The notes under the pieces: generated by a model
What the model was told of the DNA's origin: nothing
The model's database searches: none
What the model saw: only the letters and a program-made list of their open reading frames with translations
Position numbers and translations under genes: made by a program
In this document: positions 5,938 through 12,335 of the stretch, piece after piece
Layout: the number at the start of each line of letters is the position of its first letter
How positions within the stretch are numbered: the stretch's first letter is position 1
Origin: an uncultured Planctomycetaceae bacterium
GTDB taxonomy: Bacteria; Planctomycetota; Phycisphaerae; SM23-33
Reading direction: 5' to 3'
Assembly (NCBI GenBank): GCA_964392945.1
Contig: CAYMSH010000027.1
Location: 1 to 24,000, forward strand
DNA length: 24,000 nt

Positions 5938-7545
5938 ATGCCTAAAGGAAACACAGTTGTATTTGGTCTGCTTGGAACCATGCTGGACTCCGGTCCGGCC
6001 CGGAATCGCTGGGACAAGTGGCGCCCAACGGTTTCGATCTTCCAGCACGAGGAGTTGCTCGTCGATCGCCTCGTGCTGCTTCACGACAAGAAGCGCGACG
6101 GTCTTGCGATCCAGGTCTGCGATGACATCTCCTCGATCTCTCCGGAGACCGAGGTCTGCAGGCACATTCTGGACTTCGACGACCCGTGGGATTTCGAGGA
6201 GGTCTACGGGGCGCTGCACGATTTTCTGCTGGGCTATGCGTTCGATCCGGAAGAGGAGGAGTACCTGCTGCACATCACGACAGGCACGCACGTGGCCCAG
6301 ATTTGCATGTTCCTGTTGACCGAGTCGAACTACTTTCCGGGCAAGCTGCTTCAGACCAATCCGTTCGGCAAGAACCGGCGCGGCCCGGGCGGGTACACGA
6401 TCATCGACCTGGACCTGTCGAGATACGATCGGATCGCCCAGCGATTTCAAGCCGAGCGTTGCGACGACCTGTCGTTCCTCAAGTCGGGCATCGAGACTCG
6501 CAACAAGCGGTTCAATCTCCTGATCGAACAGATCGAGCAAGTCGCGATCCGCAGCGACGCCCCGCTGCTGCTTACCGGCGCTACCGGAGCCGGCAAGTCG
6601 CGCCTGGCCCGCCGGGTCTACGAACTTAAGAAAGCTCGCAGACAGGTTTCGGGTGAGTTCGTCGAGGTCAACTGCGCGACGCTTCGCGGAGATGCGGCGA
6701 TGTCGGCGATGTTCGGACACGTAAAAGGCGCATTCACCGGCGCGTTGCGGGACCGCCCGGGTCTGCTGCGTGCGGCCGACGGAGGAACCCTGCTGCTGGA
6801 CGAAGTCGGCGAACTCGGACTTGACGAGCAGGCGATGCTGCTGCGGGCCGTCGAGGAGGGCCTCTTCCTGCCGGTAGGCACCGACAAGGAGACCGCCAGT
6901 TCATTCCAGCTTATCTGCGGGACAAACAAGGATCTCAAGCAGGCCGTCGCCGACGGCGCTTTCCGCGAGGACCTGCTGGCCAGGATCAATCTCTGGACAT
7001 TCCACCTGCCGGATCTGGCCCAGCGGCCTGAAGACATCGAACCGAATCTCGACTACGAACTGAGCCAGCTGGCCGAAACCACCGGCACGCGAATAACGTT
7101 CAACAAGGAGGCCCGGCGGAGTTTCCTGCGGTTCGCCACTTCCCCCGAAGGGCTGTGGCTGGGAAATTTCCGGGACCTGAACGGAGCCGTGGTGCGCATG
7201 GCGACGCTCGCGACGGCCGGCAGGGTCACAGTCGATATAGTCGCCGGCGAGATCCAGCGGCTCAAGGATTCCTGGCTTCGCAGCGCCGAGGCCTGCGATC
7301 GCGACGCCAGGCCGATCGAACTGCTGGGCTCGGAAACCGTGTCGAAGATGGATCGTTTCGATCGCGTTCAACTCTCGGACGTTCTGGAAGTGTGCGACAA
7401 GTGCAAGTCGCTCTCGGATGCGGGGCGCGCGCTGTTCGCCGAGTCACGCAAAGCAAAGCAGAACCCCAACGACGCCGATCGCCTGCGGAAGTACCTCGGA
7501 CGCTTCGGTTTGACATGGCGAAAGATCCGCGAATCGAGCGATTAA
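5938..7545 (+). CDS. rtcR: sigma54-dependent transcriptional activator RtcR (CARF-like sensor + AAA+ + HTH)
   Basis: N-terminus MPKGNTVVFGLLGT...RWDKWRPT resembles the RtcR CARF region. Walker A GATGAGKS (6577-6600), GAFTGA (6727-6744), C-terminal HTH-like segment. Start is uncertain: ATG 5938 preferred, ATG 5932 and GTG 5920 are alternatives. Confidence 0.92.
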   Translation: MPKGNTVVFGLLGTMLDSGPARNRWDKWRPTVSIFQHEELLVDRLVLLHDKKRDGLAIQVCDDISSISPETEVCRHILDFDDPWDFEEVYGALHDFLLGYAFDPEEEEYLLHITTGTHVAQICMFLLTESNYFPGKLLQTNPFGKNRRGPGGYTIIDLDLSRYDRIAQRFQAERCDDLSFLKSGIETRNKRFNLLIEQIEQVAIRSDAPLLLTGATGAGKSRLARRVYELKKARRQVSGEFVEVNCATLRGDAAMSAMFGHVKGAFTGALRDRPGLLRAADGGTLLLDEVGELGLDEQAMLLRAVEEGLFLPVGTDKETASSFQLICGTNKDLKQAVADGAFREDLLARINLWTFHLPDLAQRPEDIEPNLDYELSQLAETTGTRITFNKEARRSFLRFATSPEGLWLGNFRDLNGAVVRMATLATAGRVTVDIVAGEIQRLKDSWLRSAEACDRDARPIELLGSETVSKMDRFDRVQLSDVLEVCDKCKSLSDAGRALFAESRKAKQNPNDADRLRKYLGRFGLTWRKIRESSD

Positions 7546-7558
7546 TCGCCGCCTGCCA

Positions 7559-8551
7559 TCATCGCCTTTCCGGCGCGAGCACTACTCGGAATCCGAGTAT
7601 AGCGTAGGATGAGATTTCCGGCGGGATGCTGTATCTCGCCGCCGATCGCAGGAACGGGTGGACCTGCTGGTCGAGGTCCTTCCTGTCGTGGCGTTTCTTG
7701 TCGCCTTTGTGCACGCCGGAGAAGCATCCGCCGCGAACGACTTTTTCGGTTCCCTTGTCCGGTCCGATCGGATCTTTGCTCGCCGACTTGTCGTACGGAC
7801 CGTACCAGTCGAGGCACCATTCGTAGACGTTGCCGTGCATGTCATACAGACCCCAGGCGTTGGGCTTGAGCTCACCGACTTTTCGCGTTCCGAACGATGT
7901 GAAGCTGAACGTCGCGACGTGCGCGAACTTCCTGATCGAGTTCAGATCGCCGGGATCGCACTCGACGTTGTACGGCGTTTTCACGCCCGCCCGGCAGGCG
8001 TATTCCCACTGGGCCTCTGTCGGCAGGCGGTAGACGTAGCCCTTGGGCAGCCGGCCGGCCTTGCGTTCGATTTCGGTCAGCTTGCTGCAGAATTCATTTG
8101 CACGGGCCCAGGTGACGCACTCCATCGGGTTCAGGTCGGTTCGATCTCCGCCCGTGGCGCCGGCTCCGTTTATCAGTCCGCCGCCTCTGGGATATCGCCA
8201 GCAGAACGCCATGCCGTCGTGGATCGGACCGCGTTTGAACCGCCAGGCTTCGTAATCGTAATCCGGCGGGACCATCAGCTTGTAGAACTCGCGCTGGGTC
8301 ACTTCGCAGGCGCCCATGTAAAACGGCTTGGAGATCGTGACTTTGTGCGCCGCTTCGTCGCTGCGTCGGCACAGTTCGCCGGCCGGGCTGCCCATCGTAA
8401 ACGAACCGGCCGGGATGAGCTTCATCTTCATCTCGATGCTCGGTACGGTGTAATCCTTGTCGCTCAGCAGCTTGGGTCGATCGCCGTCCTTGCCGACAGA
8501 TATCCCGCACAGCAGCGAAAGCAAAACTATATTGATGATCCTTGTCTTCAT
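7559..8551 (-). CDS. Secreted FGE-sulfatase/SUMF1-fold protein, paralog F1 (not a true formylglycine-generating enzyme)
   Basis: N-terminal signal peptide (MKTRIINIVLLSLLCGISVG). Family segments MKLIPAGSFTMGS, EVTQREF, RLPTEAQWEYACRAG, NAWGLYDMHGNVYEWCLDWY, RGGCF, LRSAAR, LGFRVV. Starts 10 nt after the stop of gene A1. Confidence 0.85.
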   Translation of the reverse strand: MKTRIINIVLLSLLCGISVGKDGDRPKLLSDKDYTVPSIEMKMKLIPAGSFTMGSPAGELCRRSDEAAHKVTISKPFYMGACEVTQREFYKLMVPPDYDYEAWRFKRGPIHDGMAFCWRYPRGGGLINGAGATGGDRTDLNPMECVTWARANEFCSKLTEIERKAGRLPKGYVYRLPTEAQWEYACRAGVKTPYNVECDPGDLNSIRKFAHVATFSFTSFGTRKVGELKPNAWGLYDMHGNVYEWCLDWYGPYDKSASKDPIGPDKGTEKVVRGGCFSGVHKGDKKRHDRKDLDQQVHPFLRSAARYSIPPEISSYAILGFRVVLAPERR

Positions 8552-8561
8552 GATCCTGCCT

Positions 8562-11500
8562 TTATTTAACTGGTGCGGGCCTCTTCGTAACGATCGGTCC
8601 GCGTGCTCGTTTGATCCACTTCTGCATCAGCGGCAGGTCCTTGATCTCGCCGGAGACTTCCTGCCTCATCCGCCAGTCCCAGTCGATAGTAGTGCTCCAG
8701 CCGCCGCCGGAGGCCTCTGATTTCTGCAGCCGCTCGGCCAGAGGGATATCCTCGCGCTGCGTGGCGCCGCCGAGCTGGATCTTTACGTGCTCGCTGATGT
8801 AGCGGCTGTAGTTGGTGTTGTAGTAACCGCGATAGACCTGGTAGGCGAAGCTGTCCATCCAGAGCTTCTCCGGCGAGTAGCGCAGCATCGCCTTTTTGTG
8901 CGTCTTGGACAGTTCTGTCTTCGCCGCGGCTACCTGCAGGACCATCGCGGCGGTCCCCTTGGCCATGTAGGCGTCGCGCTTGCCGCGAAGCATGCGATCT
9001 TTCTCGCCGGCGAGTTTGTCCAGGCGCCGCTGCTCGGCGATCTGCTCGGGATTAGCCTTGTTGAGCTCGTCGGACAAAGCCCGCTCGCGTTTACGGTATT
9101 TGTCGTGAATCTCTCGCGGGAGCTTTGACAGCGCAGCGTACTCGGCGTCGCCGTTGCGGTAGTCGCTGAAACGCTTGTTCAACGCCCGATCGCGATCCGA
9201 GGCGGCCTTGCGGGCAGTTTCATCCTTGAGCTTCCGCTGTGCATTGATCGCCTTGCGTTCGACGATCACGTCGGGACGTTTTTCGAATTCCTCCCGGAGT
9301 TTCCTGTCCCGCGCGCGGCGTTTTTCTTCGGCGTCTTTGCGCTGTGCGTTCAGCGCCGTCAGCTCCTTGTCGGTCTTGATGCGTTCTCTCAGAAGCGTAT
9401 GGATCTTCGAACGAATCTCTGACGACTGCTTTCGCAACGCGTCAATTTCGGCCCTGGCCTCCAGCGAGTCCGGCTGTTTGTCGAACTTGGTTGCGAGATC
9501 CTTTTTGCTGTCGGCCATCTTCTTTTCGACCGCCTTTAATTTCGCCTCGGCCGCGGCCAGTTGGGGCCAGCGTTTTTCAAGTTCCCTGGCCCGGGCTCCC
9601 TGCTCGGTTTGGTATTTGCCGTAAGGTTCGTTTAGTTTGCGGCTCATCTCGGACATCTTGCGGTTAAGCTCGCTGCTGTCGCCGCGAGCGGCGGCCAGGG
9701 CTTTGACCACTTCCAGCGTGGGTCGCCTCGGCGCATCGCGAGTCGGAGCCGGAACCTTGCTGAAATCTTCGTGAACGGTGTGGTGGATCACAACGCTGTC
9801 GATCACGCCCTTGAAACGGCCCGACCCGTCGCGCGAGGTCGCAATGAAGTTGCGATTGTCTCCGCCGTCGGCGAACAGATCTCGCGGGCGGAATGTCGAA
9901 GCCTTCTCGGCGATCTTCTTCCCGTTCAGCCAGAGCGCGGTCTTAGTTCCGTCGATCTCGACGCGAACAGTCGCCCACTTGCCTTTGGCCAGCGGTTTGG
10001 CGCCGTCGAGCGAGACAATCGTCTTGCCGCCGACTTGCGCCCTCAGCGTCAGAGCGGTTGTCAGAACCAGGCGACTGTCGGCGCTCGAGCCGAAATCGAG
10101 AATCGTCTGCGAGCCGGCGCCTTCGGGTTTGACGGAGACTTGAACGGTCATCGCCTTGAGATCCGCCCCGCGCGGGGCCAGTTCACCGTACTGCGTTTGG
10201 CCGTCGAAACGAAGACCGCGTCGCTGGCCGTCGATTACGAATTCGGGGCGAGCATACAGGTAGCCGTCGAGGTTCAGACCCAGCCGCTTTCCGTATCGCC
10301 TGTCGGCTCCGCTGGGGAATCGGTACCAATCCTCCAGCAGCGTGTTCTCGCCGCGGTCCATCGCGTAGTTGGCCCAGAGGGAGTATTTGTGCAGCGTTTC
10401 CTCGCCGAGGCGTTTGATCGGATCGGCGATGCGCGGGGCCAGCGCCGCGGGGGCGGCGCCTATCAGCTTGATCGACCAGGGGTAGCGAGGAGCGTGGCGG
10501 CCGCTGTAGAGATTCCTGGCCAACTGCCTGTCGGTGAACAGCGCCGTCGGCGTCGCGGCGACGCTCAACCAATAGCCCTTGTCGCCGTGGCGAGTTTTCA
10601 GCTTCATCAGGCCCTTGTTCCACATCGGGCTGTAGCGTCGCACGCCGTCGGCTCCAACGGCGATTATGCACGCGCGCCAGTCGCTGTAGAGATCCGGATC
10701 GTGCCGACCGGTGAAATCGACAGCGATCTCGGCGGCGCCTTTGGCAGCGGTCAGGCTCACGATGTTAACGCCGAACGGCTCGGGCGCCTGTTCCATCGGA
10801 ATACGGTAAGCGCCGGCCTTGCCGTTGACCGGTTCGAGCTGACTCTGGGCCGGGCTCCGGTATCGGCCGGCGAACAGGTTCTCAAGCTCGCAGTCGAATG
10901 TCGCCAGGCGGGCTCCGTATTGGCCGAACATGTCGCCAAGTCCGCGGATACCGTTTTCAAACAGACCGCGCTGCTGTCCGACACGGGCCATGCTCTGCAG
11001 CATGCAGAACTCATCGACTCCGTGCGGCAGGCAGGTGAAATAAGCGTATCCCCAGTTCGGATCGTCACAGGTGATGTTGTAGAACATCGTGTATCCGTAT
11101 CCGAGGTCGCCGTTAAACACGTGCCTCCAGGGCGTCTTGATGTGGTGGTTGCCCTTGAGCATGCTCGGGTCGGCCATGCATTGGTGCATGTCGGCCTGGG
11201 CCTCGCCGCCGCCGATCCGTATGCTGTTGGGCAGGCTTCCGTGACCCCATTCGTGCCACAGGGCCGGAGCCCAGGGCCCGCCGCCGGCGCCTTTAAGAAT
11301 ACAGGCCCCGTATCCGCCGCCGGCGTAACCGCCGATAAACTGGTGCCCGTCGCGCTTCGTGCCGGCTACGGTGATCGCATGCTTGAACTTCTCTTTGCGG
11401 TCCCAGTACTCCATCAGGTTGCCGGCGTATTCGTTCAGGTCCCACCAGTACTCGGCGCACTTGATCGAGCCGTCTCGGTACCACTGGGCCTTGTCGGGCG

Positions 11501-11927
11501 CCTTGTCGTTGACCCACGGGTCGCCCTCGCTGCCGGCCTGGCTGCCGGATACCCATATGAAATGCGGCGACTCGACCTGCATGGTCCCGGGCTTGCCGGG
11601 CTTGGCGTTGTTGGGCCATCTTACGTCCAGGGACGGCGACTTGACGTAAACGGTCTTGTCGAGCCCGGCTCGGATGCGGGCCATCTCTTTGACGTACAGG
11701 TCCATGATGAACTTCTTGTCGGCGCCGTCGAAGCTGCCGCGAACGAAGCATCGCTTCCGCCCGTCGGCCAGCCGCAGCACAACGCCCGGGGCCCACGGAC
11801 CGCCATCGCCGTTGAACTTGCTGCTCATGGTGTTGCCCATGCCGCGGAAGCCGATCAAGTGCGCCTTGAACGGCTTGTCGCCAACGGACACATGCGATCG
11901 TTTCGGCGTCCAGGTGCGAAGGATCAT
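8562..11927 (-). CDS. Large HExxH / LamG-like / coiled-coil protein, paralog A1 (uninterrupted part; see the in-frame TAG upstream)
   Basis: 1121-aa ORF. HEWGH at 11241-11255 followed by a conserved GGGE (possible third zinc ligand). LamG/ConA-like segment about 9762-10250 (FDGQTQY...LDFGSS...WATVRVEIDG...LWLNG). K/E/R/A-rich predicted coiled coil about 8898-9695. Trp-rich tail (WSTTIDWDWRMRQEVSGEIKDLPLMQKWIKRARG). Paralogous to 15815-19783. Confidence 0.8.
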   Translation of the reverse strand: MILRTWTPKRSHVSVGDKPFKAHLIGFRGMGNTMSSKFNGDGGPWAPGVVLRLADGRKRCFVRGSFDGADKKFIMDLYVKEMARIRAGLDKTVYVKSPSLDVRWPNNAKPGKPGTMQVESPHFIWVSGSQAGSEGDPWVNDKAPDKAQWYRDGSIKCAEYWWDLNEYAGNLMEYWDRKEKFKHAITVAGTKRDGHQFIGGYAGGGYGACILKGAGGGPWAPALWHEWGHGSLPNSIRIGGGEAQADMHQCMADPSMLKGNHHIKTPWRHVFNGDLGYGYTMFYNITCDDPNWGYAYFTCLPHGVDEFCMLQSMARVGQQRGLFENGIRGLGDMFGQYGARLATFDCELENLFAGRYRSPAQSQLEPVNGKAGAYRIPMEQAPEPFGVNIVSLTAAKGAAEIAVDFTGRHDPDLYSDWRACIIAVGADGVRRYSPMWNKGLMKLKTRHGDKGYWLSVAATPTALFTDRQLARNLYSGRHAPRYPWSIKLIGAAPAALAPRIADPIKRLGEETLHKYSLWANYAMDRGENTLLEDWYRFPSGADRRYGKRLGLNLDGYLYARPEFVIDGQRRGLRFDGQTQYGELAPRGADLKAMTVQVSVKPEGAGSQTILDFGSSADSRLVLTTALTLRAQVGGKTIVSLDGAKPLAKGKWATVRVEIDGTKTALWLNGKKIAEKASTFRPRDLFADGGDNRNFIATSRDGSGRFKGVIDSVVIHHTVHEDFSKVPAPTRDAPRRPTLEVVKALAAARGDSSELNRKMSEMSRKLNEPYGKYQTEQGARARELEKRWPQLAAAEAKLKAVEKKMADSKKDLATKFDKQPDSLEARAEIDALRKQSSEIRSKIHTLLRERIKTDKELTALNAQRKDAEEKRRARDRKLREEFEKRPDVIVERKAINAQRKLKDETARKAASDRDRALNKRFSDYRNGDAEYAALSKLPREIHDKYRKRERALSDELNKANPEQIAEQRRLDKLAGEKDRMLRGKRDAYMAKGTAAMVLQVAAAKTELSKTHKKAMLRYSPEKLWMDSFAYQVYRGYYNTNYSRYISEHVKIQLGGATQREDIPLAERLQKSEASGGGWSTTIDWDWRMRQEVSGEIKDLPLMQKWIKRARGPIVTKRPAPVK

Positions 11928-11990
11928 CCCGGGCTTAACATCGATAACATCGACACCCTTCCGCGGCCACCAGTCAACGAGTCGCGCCTA

Positions 11991-12158
11991 GTAAGCCTTC
12001 GGCTCGCCATTAACCCACAGAGTGACATTGCACCCAACCCACCCCGGTTTGAGCTTGGCGCCAGGATACCGCGTAGCGGAATAAAAATCATATTCCCCAG
12101 CCGCACCGGCACAAATAAACCCCACACACACAATCGTAACTATAAGTTTGATTCTCAT
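11991..12158 (-). pseudogene. Detached N-terminal fragment of A1 (signal peptide plus conserved N-terminal region), same frame as 8562-11927
   Basis: MRIKLIVTIVCVGFICAGAAGEYDFYSATRYPGAKLKPG...GEPKAY, then TAG (11988-11990), then in frame ARLVDWWPRKGVDVIDVKPGMILRTWT. It aligns with the A2 N-terminus (GGYDFFAPARYPGAG...GYQRRVVNWWPRKGVDIIEVKDGMPLRTWT). Confidence 0.7.
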
Positions 12159-12187
12159 AATATCCCTACATCCGTCCGCAGTATCCG

Positions 12188-12315
12188 CCACCAGCCACCA
12201 GCCGTTAGCCGTTAGCCGTTGCCGTTATCCGTATTATCCGCCGTTACATGCCGTTTGTTGTTTGCCGTCGCCGTTGCCGTAACCAAATCCGTGCCATCCG
12301 TGTCATCCGTGGTGG
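12188..12315 (-). repeat. Degenerate short tandem repeats / GGA-rich tract in the B1-A1 intergenic leader
   Basis: Plus strand: CCACCAG x2, GTTAGCC-like heptamers, then three 9-nt-phased (A/C)ATCCGTG units (12286-12311). On the coding (minus) strand these read CACGGAUG, CACGGAUG, CACGGAUU. There are nine GGA triplets in 12159-12335, one of them in the A1 Shine-Dalgarno. Confidence 0.7.
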
Positions 12316-12335
12316 AAAAAAGTCGTTGCCGTTGT

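Noticed and set aside
11988-11990. The TAG in A1 as programmed recoding (pyrrolysine or another amber reassignment).
   Set aside because: No pyl genes or recoding signals are visible in the window. The codon aligns with an ordinary Gln in the paralog. TAG is used as a normal stop by several genes here (rsr, A2, F2, B1). A nonsense mutation or a sequencing error is the simpler reading.
9771-12215. Very long ORFs antisense to the annotated genes: 814 aa at 9771-12215 (+), 492 aa at 13836-15314 (+), 385 aa at 21213-22370 (+), 367 aa at 12219-13322 (+), 344 aa at 1082-2116 (+), 337 aa at 17540-18553 (-), 303 aa at 7658-8569 (+), 300 aa at 19815-20717 (-), 283 aa at 5869-6720 (-), 255 aa at 4933-5700 (+).
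   Set aside because: These are typical high-GC shadow ORFs. Their translations are Arg/Ala/Gly/Pro-rich and low in complexity, with no recognisable motifs. Each fully overlaps an opposite-strand ORF that has clear family signatures or a conserved paralog.
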